A stretch of DNA of 26,201 bases, taken from NCBI GenBank assembly GCA_040326155.1, contig JBEQLE010000062.1, positions 1 to 26,201 on the forward strand. Direction: 5' to 3'. A program made the position numbers and the translations under genes. This DNA comes from Leptospirales bacterium (lineage in GTDB: Bacteria > Spirochaetota > Leptospiria > Turneriellales > JAOUFE01). The notes beneath the pieces were generated by a model. The model was not told the DNA's origin. It searched no databases and saw only the letters and a program-made list of their open reading frames with translations. Shown one piece after another: positions 1 to 9,001 of the stretch (position 1 is its first letter; the number at the start of each line of letters is the position of its first letter).

Positions 1-105
1 GGTGAGGCAGGGATGTCGAAGAATTTATTAATAAGCAATTAAGCTGTTATTTCATATTTTTAACGCCGCAAATCACCTGTGTCGCTTGAATTTGCATTGT
101 CAGTT

Positions 106-615
106 TTAATTACTGCTATTTGGTCGGTTATAGCATTCGCTTTCGTTCTTATTTGCTCTTCGAAATGAGATGATTCGATATCGCATTTTACCTATTTCAT
201 CTCTAAATGTATAAATCGCGGTATATAACTTTCCGTCAACATTTCCAATCAGTTTGCCTCTAATTGGATCAACGTTCCCTTCATTTCTGTCAATAGAAGG
301 AGCCAAGTTGCTTAGGTCTTCCCACTTCTCTTTTTTTTCGACCATTTGCCTCATTTTATCGTCATTGAAAAGATCATGTATGCGATCAAAAGCGATATTG
401 TGCTTTTCAATATTTTTTTGGTTTTTATTTTTATCCCACTCAAACTGATTTTCTTTTTTGTATTCTAGGTAGTGCTCACAGGAATCATCAAGATTTTGTA
501 GGATCAAAAAATCGCCTGGCCGAGGACTGTTCCTTTTATTCATACAACGAATATTCATATTAAAAAATCTAAGGTCTATAAGAAATTTACAACTTCCACA
601 ATTCATAATTAGCAT
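106..615 (-). CDS. BrnT-family ribonuclease toxin (start uncertain: 615, 606, 558 or 543)
   Basis: Motifs FEWDKNKNQKNIEKHNIAF and LIG...YTAIYTFR...RIISFRRANKNE match the BrnT (DUF497) pattern, with an internal insertion. Confidence 0.8.
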   Translation of the reverse strand: MLIMNCGSCKFLIDLRFFNMNIRCMNKRNSPRPGDFLILQNLDDSCEHYLEYKKENQFEWDKNKNQKNIEKHNIAFDRIHDLFNDDKMRQMVEKKEKWEDLSNLAPSIDRNEGNVDPIRGKLIGNVDGKLYTAIYTFRDEIGKMRYRIISFRRANKNESECYNRPNSSN

Positions 616-620
616 ATCCT

Positions 621-730
621 ATTCAAAATAGTTGTTAACTTTCTCTGCCCAAAATATCAATCTAAAGTCTGTTTAATTCATTTTTTCAAAGTGCATTAGG
701 GAAAAAATCGAGTTGAAACAAATGTTATCG
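621..730 (-). other. Degenerate attC-like site
   Basis: Minus strand, 2 nt after the stop at 733: CGATAAC-ATTTG-TTTCAACT ... AGTTAAC-AACTAT-TTTGAAT. This has attC R''/L''...L'/R' spacing, but R' has T instead of the crossover G. Confidence 0.35.
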
Positions 731-732
731 GG

Positions 733-1251
733 TTATAGAGCAAAGGTTATCCATTGATTCAAAAGGTCATTAATTACGTTATGAAGATCAACAGCTTGAC
801 CGTCAATCTCTACTGAATATTTATAACGTTTGAAAAAACCAGCTCCTGCTGTAACATTACCAGCATACATGTTATTACATGTAGAAAGTAAATGCCTGTC
901 TTGAATTTCTATTGTAGTCTTCTTAAAATGTTTACCCTTGTTGCAAAGCAATCTGATACTTTCTTGACTGCTGTTTGGATTTGGAAAATTCTGGATTTTA
1001 TTATAATATTTTTTAAGATCAGCAGATACTTTATCAATTGATTGAAATGGATTGAATATTTCAATACATGAAAGTCGTTTTGCTTTCGGTATCGAATCAT
1101 CTTTTAAATACCATTCAAATAAGTGGCTTAAACTCAACACAGCATCGAACATTACATAATCGTATTCAGGATGCGTTTCGCAATTTGCAAGTGCAACCTG
1201 ATCACGTTGGCATTTTTCCAAAAGATCTATTGCATGATTTAGTGAAAACAT
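733..1251 (-). CDS. Hypothetical protein, possibly HEPN-like
   Basis: 172-aa helical-looking ORF in a low-GC segment, containing SLSHLFEW and IRLLCNKGKH (RxxxNxxKH). Confidence 0.6.
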   Translation of the reverse strand: MFSLNHAIDLLEKCQRDQVALANCETHPEYDYVMFDAVLSLSHLFEWYLKDDSIPKAKRLSCIEIFNPFQSIDKVSADLKKYYNKIQNFPNPNSSQESIRLLCNKGKHFKKTTIEIQDRHLLSTCNNMYAGNVTAGAGFFKRYKYSVEIDGQAVDLHNVINDLLNQWITFAL

Positions 1252-1514
1252 CTAAGTGCCTATTCGATTTTGCCGCAGAACATATTATCATGAATTGTCA
1301 TTATATACGGAAATCTATAGATTAATTTCATTACGTCAAATTGTTTTTATTTTTTGCGAGCACACGGAGGTGCGAGTTTTTGTATAATCCGCATTTATTT
1401 CCGATAGCGCTCCTTGCATATAATTACCATTCACATTTCCAAAATAAGTTGCTACATTTTTCAAAAATATTCGTAAAAGTGAAAAAAAATGATCTTTTTG
1501 GCTATTACATATAT

Positions 1515-2063
1515 ATGTATAATAGAAATGAACGCTACTGGAAAATACCAGTTCACCCTGATCATATTTTAGAAATTCGGTTGAAACCAGAGATCTGGGC
1601 CAGAGTGGTTCAAATTGCGGACCGGAAAGATTGCAGTTATTCATGGGTAGTACGATATTGTGTTTTCAGGATGATAAAACGAAAAGACCCGAGGCGTTAT
1701 GTCGGGAACTGTATCGTAAAAAACAATAGCGTAAAATTCGAAAAAATGGATGCTGCAGCGCGCGAACACATCGGGGACGACAATTTGCATCGCCATAAAT
1801 TGTGTTTGTACGAAGAGGACGAGTTTTTCATTCGAATGACGGCAGGTTTAATGCACTGTACAATGTCACATCTGGTTCGCCTGGCTCTAGAATGGAACCT
1901 GGATGAACTGGAGCGGTTGTCCAACGGGAGGTCTTCTTTGTTTCACGATCTGGCGTTTTACTGGCTGGGTATTAAATTATACCATGGTGTTGTTTTCCCC
2001 ACCATGGACCTAATAAACAAAGACTTCCGCCTGGACCGTCTCAACGAACACGATTACTGGTAA
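1515..2063 (+). CDS. Putative tandem ribbon-helix-helix DNA-binding protein
   Basis: Likely start is ATG 1515. Two RHH-like segments: LEIRLKPEIWARVVQIADRKDCSYSWVVRYCV and HKLCLYEEDEFFIRMTAGLMHCTMSHLVRLAL. Confidence 0.55.
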   Translation: MYNRNERYWKIPVHPDHILEIRLKPEIWARVVQIADRKDCSYSWVVRYCVFRMIKRKDPRRYVGNCIVKNNSVKFEKMDAAAREHIGDDNLHRHKLCLYEEDEFFIRMTAGLMHCTMSHLVRLALEWNLDELERLSNGRSSLFHDLAFYWLGIKLYHGVVFPTMDLINKDFRLDRLNEHDYW

Positions 2064-2107
2064 CTTGCCGATATTCCACATTTATAATTGAGAAAAACCC
2101 AAGTAAA

Positions 2108-2749
2108 CTACAGGTCAACCACACGAAGGAGTTCCGAGTTTGCCAAATCGCCCGGAGCAATAACCGTTTGTTTATAGGGAATTGATTTCCCATACACTCT
2201 TTTCAGAGCGGCGCGAACAACAGGGTGGTCCAGTGAGTAATCGCTTAACCGACGAAGAGAAGCCAGCTTAATGCCAAAGGCTCTGTCGTACAATTTCCAG
2301 ACAAGTTCAGAACAGTACATTCTGGAGTCGCTCCAGCGATAGGTGCCATCGTAATTCTTGCCCGCCCAGTTTGAGGCAAGCGCTCTAAACTTTTTTGTTT
2401 TATTGTCCGTCATTACGTTGTCATTTTTCAGACGTTTAACCAGGACCAGGTTTCCGCGTGCCATGAACTTGTTTAAAGAGGTAAATCGTACTGGCTGAAC
2501 AGCCTCGAAAACCATTAAACTTTTTCCCGTACGAATGACTACACCAACATGCGAGTAGGGTGACTTGCTGGCAATTTGGATGGCTTTTGCCCTTGCAGAG
2601 TTCGAAGCGAGGAATATAATATCCCCTTCTTTAATAATATTATTGATTACGTTTGTACGGTTACCGTTTTTTTGATAACCGTACAATACTGTAAAAAGAA
2701 CTGCTGTAAAAACAAGTAAAGCAAAACTCTTTTGTTTTAACAGTTTCAA
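2108..2749 (-). CDS. YiiX/YebB-like permuted papain-like (NlpC/P60) amidase
   Basis: GDIIF, SPYSHVG, EAVQPV, GKNYD and MYCSELVW motifs (His before Cys, permuted order); N-terminal hydrophobic anchor. Confidence 0.88.
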   Translation of the reverse strand: MKLLKQKSFALLVFTAVLFTVLYGYQKNGNRTNVINNIIKEGDIIFLASNSARAKAIQIASKSPYSHVGVVIRTGKSLMVFEAVQPVRFTSLNKFMARGNLVLVKRLKNDNVMTDNKTKKFRALASNWAGKNYDGTYRWSDSRMYCSELVWKLYDRAFGIKLASLRRLSDYSLDHPVVRAALKRVYGKSIPYKQTVIAPGDLANSELLRVVDL

Positions 2750-2761
2750 AATTTAAATGCC

Positions 2762-3730
2762 TTAAAGTTTAAAAGAGCCTTTTTCTTTAATATTTAGTTT
2801 TACCGGCTTTTTGGATATCGAGGCTGGAAGCATAATTTTCCCGGTAGCCTGAATTTCATAATCACCTTTTCTGTTTTCAATAGCTTTTAACTGGGCTGTT
2901 GTTAAATCATTGATCTTTAACATACTTTCAATTGGCAGAACAATCGCTTCTCCATCGTCGTGCGGTTTTCCCGATTTCCCTTTTAAGAAAGGGCTACCGG
3001 CAAGTTTGAAATTATAATTAAGTTCAGAGATTTTCATTTTATTTGGTGTCTCATTAATAACTAATAGATCAAATGAAGTCTTTAATCGTAAATTGAGTTT
3101 TCTGATGATTTTCGATTTTGACCATTTTCCTTTTTTAAAGACAAGATCATACTCTTTTTTAAGTTTAATTGCATTAGGAGGATTTTTCAGATTTTTGACT
3201 ACAATCTTCATAAACTCTTTAAAAGTCGGCGGGTGAATTTTAAAGTTTGCAATTCGAAACTTCGGACGTATAACCGGAATCTCTTTTTGCAGTCGAATTG
3301 GAATAACAAGCGGATTTTTACCATCTTTTGATAAAGGAATAGAGATATCGATATGAAATTCCCCATCAAGATAATCTTTTTTACGATAATTTTGTACGGT
3401 CTGATAAATTTTTGCAAATTCGACACGGGCAACAAACCTATTTTTACGTTTTGCTTTTGCGCCTATCGTAAAGCCATCTTTTGTTGTGGTTTTCAATATA
3501 CGTGCTTTTTCTACAAAAACCGAAATATCGACACCACCCAATTTTATTCCAATGGAGAACGGATTATCTATAACCACATCGAACTCGAAAAGAATAGATT
3601 TGAAACTCATTTCAGTAATTTCAAAGCTTTCGACGGTCACTTTGGGTTTCTTTTTCAAGTTTGAAAGACAAGAAGGGGCGATGGTCATTGTTAAAAGAAA
3701 AACGACCGGGTAGAGTAAATATTTCTTCAT
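2762..3730 (-). CDS. LEA_2/WHy-domain lipoprotein
   Basis: Signal peptide ending in IAPSC; motif VVIDNPFSIGIKLGGVDISVFVE and a second similar domain (LLVINETPNKMKISELNYNFKL). Confidence 0.7.
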   Translation of the reverse strand: MKKYLLYPVVFLLTMTIAPSCLSNLKKKPKVTVESFEITEMSFKSILFEFDVVIDNPFSIGIKLGGVDISVFVEKARILKTTTKDGFTIGAKAKRKNRFVARVEFAKIYQTVQNYRKKDYLDGEFHIDISIPLSKDGKNPLVIPIRLQKEIPVIRPKFRIANFKIHPPTFKEFMKIVVKNLKNPPNAIKLKKEYDLVFKKGKWSKSKIIRKLNLRLKTSFDLLVINETPNKMKISELNYNFKLAGSPFLKGKSGKPHDDGEAIVLPIESMLKINDLTTAQLKAIENRKGDYEIQATGKIMLPASISKKPVKLNIKEKGSFKL

Positions 3731-3777
3731 GGTTTAAAGTATAGAAAGGTATAAAGTTGACAAGCAAAATAAATATT

Positions 3778-4353
3778 TTAATCGCGACCAAGTTCTTCTG
3801 GTGTTTTTAATTCGCTGTACCATCCTTTTACGATCGCGATATGAATTCTACGGGCCAGCCCTGAAAGAAGCCTGTCGGTAGCCACTTGTCGACTTTCAAA
3901 CGGGGCAATTCTAGGTGAAAATGTGGTGTCATAACGAACTATTTTTAAATCGGGCAGGGCGTAGTTTTCTTCTTCAGCGTTTTGCACTCTTGCCCGTACG
4001 GTAGAAATAATCGTCATATTAAAACTCTGGGCTTCGCCAAATTGATCAATGTTTCGAGGTTGCAACGAAAACAGATCAATTACACCATAGACGATTAGCT
4101 CAGCACTCTCTTTTTCTGTTTCTATTAAAAAACGTCCATCGGTGCTAAATTCCAGAATAAGGTAATCTTTCAAAAGGCTGGAAAGACCGCCTTCATATGT
4201 TTTGTTCTCAAAATTATGAATATAGATCGTTTTATAGTTTCGAGGGATAATTTCACCGCCATCGATAACCGATTTTCCATCTTTTTGCCCCGAAGCGCAA
4301 CCGCCGATTACAATAAGAATAAAAAGAATATATCCGAGTAGTTTTTTTATCAT
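3778..4353 (-). CDS. LptE-family (LPS assembly-like) lipoprotein
   Basis: Start ATG 4353 (MIKKLLG...IGGC lipobox); KTIYIHNFENKTYE and AELIVYGVI patterns are typical of LptE-like proteins. Confidence 0.7.
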   Translation of the reverse strand: MIKKLLGYILFILIVIGGCASGQKDGKSVIDGGEIIPRNYKTIYIHNFENKTYEGGLSSLLKDYLILEFSTDGRFLIETEKESAELIVYGVIDLFSLQPRNIDQFGEAQSFNMTIISTVRARVQNAEEENYALPDLKIVRYDTTFSPRIAPFESRQVATDRLLSGLARRIHIAIVKGWYSELKTPEELGRD

Positions 4354-4412
4354 CTTGCACAAGAATGAGAATAATATACTTGACGACAAACAAAATTCAA
4401 ATATTTTCCCAT

Positions 4413-5636
4413 ATGAATAAAAAATCGAACCAGATACTATTAATAGGTATAATGGTCGGCGTTGCCGCCGGGGTTATAGGTGGTATATATTTTGCCGATA
4501 CGATGAAGCAGCTCTCTTTTCTGGGTAAAATCTTCTTAAGCACGTTGAAAATAATTGCCGTACCACTTGTGGTGTTATCGATGATTTCGGGCATTAACTC
4601 CTTGGGGAACATAAGAAAAGTAGGGACGTTTGGCGGTAAAACGATCCTGTATTATATGGTGACAACCGCAATTGCCGTTACTATCGGACTAATTCTTGTA
4701 AATATTATAGAGCCGGGTGGTTCCTCGGTCGCTCCCGACCTGGAAGTGCCAGATATTGTAAAAGCCAAAGAGGCATTTACCTTTATGGATATCATTAAAG
4801 GTTTTTCCCCGGTAAATCTTTTTTACTCTCTGGTTCGGGGAGATTTATTAGCCATCATTATATTATCTCTGGTCACCGGAGCGGTGTTAAGCACAATTGA
4901 AAAAGCGAAGCCGTTTCTGAAAATTATCGATAATTTAAATGAGTACGTTTTAAAGGTAGTTCAGCTAATCTTGTGGTTTACACCGATTGGAGTTTTCGGT
5001 CTTATTGGCGCGAAAGTTGCGCAGGTTGGGGCAGAAAACCTGATGTCAGAATTGTCCAAGCTTTTTATGTATTTCTGGACTGTGGTCGGAGGGTTGTTTA
5101 TTCATGGAGTTATTGTTCTGCCTGTCATTTTTTATATTTTTACGAAAAGGAATCCTCTGGTTTACGCAAAAAACGCCTTACCAGCTCTTTTAACGGCTTT
5201 TTCTTCGGCTTCCAGCACAGGAACTTTGCCCGTTACCATTGAGTGTGCCGAAAAAAACAACAATATATCGCCTAAATCGGCTGGTTTTGTTTTACCTCTG
5301 GGCGCAACGGTCAATATGGATGGAACAGCGCTATACGAAGCAGTAGCGGCAATTTTCATTGCCCAGGTATTTAATGTCGAATTAACTTTCTCAGATCAGA
5401 TTATTATATTTTTAACTGCTACGCTTGCGGCCATAGGGGCGGCGGGAATACCAGAGGCTGGCCTTGTCACGATGGTAATTGTGTTAAATGCGGTCGGTTT
5501 ACCGCTCGAAGGGACAGCCATGTTGCTTTCCATTGACTGGTTTTTAGACAGATTTCGTACGACGGTGAATGTCTGGGGGGACTCTGTCGGAGCGGCGGTT
5601 TTAGAAAAACATGTGATTAAAGAACATGAACAATAA
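4413..5636 (+). CDS. Dicarboxylate/amino acid:cation symporter (DAACS, GltP-like)
   Basis: Multiple TM helices; AFSSASSTGTLP, LPLGATVNMDGTALYE and DWFLDRFRTTVNVWGD signature motifs. Confidence 0.95.
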   Translation: MNKKSNQILLIGIMVGVAAGVIGGIYFADTMKQLSFLGKIFLSTLKIIAVPLVVLSMISGINSLGNIRKVGTFGGKTILYYMVTTAIAVTIGLILVNIIEPGGSSVAPDLEVPDIVKAKEAFTFMDIIKGFSPVNLFYSLVRGDLLAIIILSLVTGAVLSTIEKAKPFLKIIDNLNEYVLKVVQLILWFTPIGVFGLIGAKVAQVGAENLMSELSKLFMYFWTVVGGLFIHGVIVLPVIFYIFTKRNPLVYAKNALPALLTAFSSASSTGTLPVTIECAEKNNNISPKSAGFVLPLGATVNMDGTALYEAVAAIFIAQVFNVELTFSDQIIIFLTATLAAIGAAGIPEAGLVTMVIVLNAVGLPLEGTAMLLSIDWFLDRFRTTVNVWGDSVGAAVLEKHVIKEHEQ

Positions 5637-5690
5637 AAAACGCTTGCCTTTGTATTCAGAAGTGAATCCATTGCCTTTCGGAGGATTTCA

Positions 5691-6155
5691 ATGAAAAAAG
5701 TTTCTGCACTAGTTTTATCTTTATTAATGATTTCATCGGCCATTTTAGGTGCCGATAGCAAAACAGTTGATGAGTATCGCGCTGATTTATCATCAGATGA
5801 CGATCAAGTTGTAATGGACGCGGCTACTGCCCTGGGTTTGAAAAAAGCCAAGGATGCCATGGATGATTTAATCGTAGTGATTAAAACACATGACAATCCG
5901 CAAGTACGTATTCGTGTTGCTGATACACTTGGTCGAATGGGTACTAAAGAAGAACCCACAAATGCTCTTAATTATGTAATACGTAATGACGACGATAATG
6001 CTGTAGTATACGCCGCTTTGCTGGCAATTTTAAATCTGGGTGATTTTGGAAATCCATCTGCTGAAGAGGCGATTGATTATTGCGAGCAAAACAAAAGCGA
6101 TGATCCATATATTGCTGATGTCGTAAAAAAATTGCGTGAAGCAATAAAAAAATAG
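5691..6155 (+). CDS. Secreted HEAT-repeat protein
   Basis: Signal peptide; repeats VVMDAATALG, VRIRVADTLG and VVYAALLAI; GGAGG SD upstream. Confidence 0.75.
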   Translation: MKKVSALVLSLLMISSAILGADSKTVDEYRADLSSDDDQVVMDAATALGLKKAKDAMDDLIVVIKTHDNPQVRIRVADTLGRMGTKEEPTNALNYVIRNDDDNAVVYAALLAILNLGDFGNPSAEEAIDYCEQNKSDDPYIADVVKKLREAIKK

Positions 6156-6186
6156 ACGTTTTTTACTTTTATTTGTTTCCGGTTGA

Positions 6187-6909
6187 ATGTTTGAAAAAGA
6201 TGAACTGGAACGATACGCCAGACAAATATTACTAATCGGTCGCAACGGCCAGAAAAAGTTAAAAGAAGCTCGTGTGCTTGTTATTGGTGCCGGAGGTTTA
6301 GGTAGCGCTATTTTGCCTTATCTAGCCTCTTCCGGCGTCGGTTATATTCGACTGGCCGAACATGACACGGTGGAACAGAGTAATTTAGGTCGGCAGATTT
6401 TATATAAACCGGAAAATGTTTCTGGTTTAAAAGGTCCGCACGCTGTAAATTTCCTGAACAGTTTAAATCCATATGTAAACGTCGAATGGTCGGCGGACAA
6501 ATTTTCAAAAAGTACATCTGAGAAATATTTATCGGGAATTGATTTTGTTCTGGAAGGTTCTGACGACATTGAAATTAAATTCCTGACAAGTGATCTGGCT
6601 GTTAAGAATAATATAAGCGCAATTATTGCAGGCATTGGTCCGAAACAGGGTCATATACTCCCGGTTTCCAAAGGCGGAGCCTGTTATCGCTGCTTGTTCG
6701 AAAAACCACCGGAAAACCCCGAAGAGGTACCAACTTGCTCGACAGAGGGCATTTTATCCCCGCTTCCCGGTATTATCGGTTCGATGATGGCTTATTTAAC
6801 GGTCCATGCTTTGATCGAAGGGCAGCTTCCACACCGGTTATACCTGTTTGAAAATACAAACTGGCGAACACTGGCATTTGAAAAAAATCGAGAATGCAAT
6901 TATTGTTGA
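6187..6909 (+). CDS. ThiF/MoeB/HesA-family adenylyltransferase
   Basis: ERYARQI, VLVIGAGGLG, SNLGRQ, CYRCLF and C-terminal CNYC zinc motifs. Confidence 0.92.
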   Translation: MFEKDELERYARQILLIGRNGQKKLKEARVLVIGAGGLGSAILPYLASSGVGYIRLAEHDTVEQSNLGRQILYKPENVSGLKGPHAVNFLNSLNPYVNVEWSADKFSKSTSEKYLSGIDFVLEGSDDIEIKFLTSDLAVKNNISAIIAGIGPKQGHILPVSKGGACYRCLFEKPPENPEEVPTCSTEGILSPLPGIIGSMMAYLTVHALIEGQLPHRLYLFENTNWRTLAFEKNRECNYC

Positions 6910-7115
6910 AATTAACTCTGAATCAAAGAAACCAGATCTGAAATAATTATCTAATAAACCGAGTATGCCCGCATTTTTTTGTATGGAAGACGAATTGTTG
7001 AATCTAAGGTTTGACGGTTTTCAACTTGTCTAAAAACTAAAATCCAGATCGACAATATGAACCATAAGTATGAAAACACTTTACACCGGTTTTCGTACAA
7101 CCATTATTGAATTCG

Positions 7116-8522
7116 ATGTTTCGATATTACGTTATTTTATTATTAATGTGCATTAGCTTTCATCCGGTTTATTCCCAGTCCGAAGAATCGGTTGAAAAAT
7201 CCATAGAAAGTGTGACCCGGCAGGCCGAGTTGATGTTAAGCATTAAGTATGCAACCGATGAGCGTCATATGGAGCAGCTGGTGATCTTGCTGGAACAAAA
7301 GATCGACTTACCAAAGGAATATTGGAAAAAGATATTAGTTCTTGTTCATGATACAGGGCACAGGGGTGTAAGAACATATCTAATTTCAAGGTTTTTAAAG
7401 CAATATCCTTTTGATACCAATGACCAGGACAATAGAAAGAAATTTGTTAATGTGGTGAATGATGAATTTATCTATTTACTTGATCGGGACCATCATAGTG
7501 ACGAAGAACTAGTTTCGATTCGTTCAACATTGGCTATTGTTGAAAAGTTAGAGCTCGGAGAACTTTTTTACCCCACGGCGGCATTTATTGCCTATCCATT
7601 AATCGATATACGAAAATTATCGTATAAAGCATTGGCAAAGTTCAACGATGATCGTATGTTTCCTCTGCTTTTACAGTTAGCAGATTCAAAAAGTCCGGTG
7701 GAAAGAACATATGCTGTAGACGCCTTTTACTATATAAAAGATGATCGAATAATACCTGTTTTATTGAATTTAATTAACGATCGAAATAAGACCGTTCGGT
7801 ATTACGTAATTCGAACTCTGGAAAATATGGAAGCAGCAGCGGCAGTACCTTATATTATTCGAATTGTCAGGTCTGATGTAAATCCTGAGGTCCGGGTCAG
7901 GGCTATACAAATGCTTGAGAAAGTAAAGCCCAGGTCAGGTTTTAGTGCGTTAAACCAGGCAGTTTTCGATGATAGTTCACAGGTACGAGAAGCGGCGTTA
8001 AATGCATTAATTGCCTATGGCAATCGTTCTTCAGCCTATTATATCTCAGAGCAGCTTGAAAAAGAAAAAAAAGATAAATTAAAATTGTTACAAATTCAAG
8101 CCTTGTTAAGACTCAACTCCAGTGGAAAAATGGAAGGGTTAAATAAAATAATGAGGAAAGAGAAAAACCGGGAAATTGTAATCTGGGCCATCTATGTAAC
8201 GGGACGGTTAAAAGACCACAAAGGGCTTGATGCGATTATAAAAAATTTAACTCATGATGATGAACGTGTGAGGGTCGAGTCGGCACATGCTCTGGCTTAT
8301 ATTAAAAGCCGCCACTCGATATCGCATTTGATTAAAAGATTAAGCGACGAAAAAGAGAAGTATTCCGTACAAGTCGCAGCGTTATATGCTTTAGTGAGTA
8401 TTGATGATAGTTCAGTGATACCGGTTTTATTCGACCTTTCTGAAGAGCATAGCAATGCGTATTTGCGCAAACAAATAAAGCAAATGCTGCGCAAGATGCT
8501 GGCCCAGAGGTTTGAAAAGTGA
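7116..8522 (+). CDS. Secreted HEAT-repeat protein
   Basis: Signal-like N terminus from ATG 7116; many HEAT/PBS repeats (VRYYVIRTL, VRVRAIQML, VREAALNAL, VRVESAHAL). Confidence 0.8.
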   Translation: MFRYYVILLLMCISFHPVYSQSEESVEKSIESVTRQAELMLSIKYATDERHMEQLVILLEQKIDLPKEYWKKILVLVHDTGHRGVRTYLISRFLKQYPFDTNDQDNRKKFVNVVNDEFIYLLDRDHHSDEELVSIRSTLAIVEKLELGELFYPTAAFIAYPLIDIRKLSYKALAKFNDDRMFPLLLQLADSKSPVERTYAVDAFYYIKDDRIIPVLLNLINDRNKTVRYYVIRTLENMEAAAAVPYIIRIVRSDVNPEVRVRAIQMLEKVKPRSGFSALNQAVFDDSSQVREAALNALIAYGNRSSAYYISEQLEKEKKDKLKLLQIQALLRLNSSGKMEGLNKIMRKEKNREIVIWAIYVTGRLKDHKGLDAIIKNLTHDDERVRVESAHALAYIKSRHSISHLIKRLSDEKEKYSVQVAALYALVSIDDSSVIPVLFDLSEEHSNAYLRKQIKQMLRKMLAQRFEK

Positions 8523-8983
8523 AAAATGTTCGCCTGTTTATAGCAGTCATATTTCACAACGAAGAAGAACTCATTGAACTTTTACCGGCTATTGAAAAAA
8601 GAGCAGGAAAGTATGATTATTTTACGCAGAATATTCCTTTGGAACCTTCCTTTTACGGTCCTGGTTTTAACGTAAGACTCTTTTCGTTTTCGGGTTTATA
8701 TGATGTTTCTAAATTGACCGCTTTTATAAAAAAAAATAAGAAGCATTTTGAAATTGGTGAAACTGGTGAAATTCATATGGGTTATGCAAATAAGTTTCAT
8801 GTTGTAACGGTGCAAGAATCAGAAGGGATGTACCGAGTAGAAACATCAGAACAAAACTTCAGTCAACTCCAGTTGATATTTAAAACGAAAACCTGCGAGG
8901 CAGTAGTGGGGAATTTATCTTTTTTTAATGAATTGAGGGTGAAACAATACTTCAACGATTTGCACCGGGTCATTATAAAATAG
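8519..8983 (+). CDS. Hypothetical protein, DUF4416-like
   Basis: GTGA overlap with the upstream gene; N-terminal RLFIAVIF and C-terminal QYFNDLHR resemble DUF4416 proteins (recollection, not searched). Confidence 0.5.
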   Translation: MKNVRLFIAVIFHNEEELIELLPAIEKRAGKYDYFTQNIPLEPSFYGPGFNVRLFSFSGLYDVSKLTAFIKKNKKHFEIGETGEIHMGYANKFHVVTVQESEGMYRVETSEQNFSQLQLIFKTKTCEAVVGNLSFFNELRVKQYFNDLHRVIIK

Positions 8984-9001
8984 TTATTATAGTTCTAATC
9001 G

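Noticed and set aside
1341..1514. N-terminal 58 codons of the 240-aa ORF and the overlapping 1336-1644 minus ORF
   Set aside because: AT-rich, promoter-like sequence with a TTG start and no protein-like features; probably intergenic.
6910..7115. 200-nt intergenic gap as an ncRNA
   Set aside because: No convincing stems or known motifs were seen; probably a promoter region.
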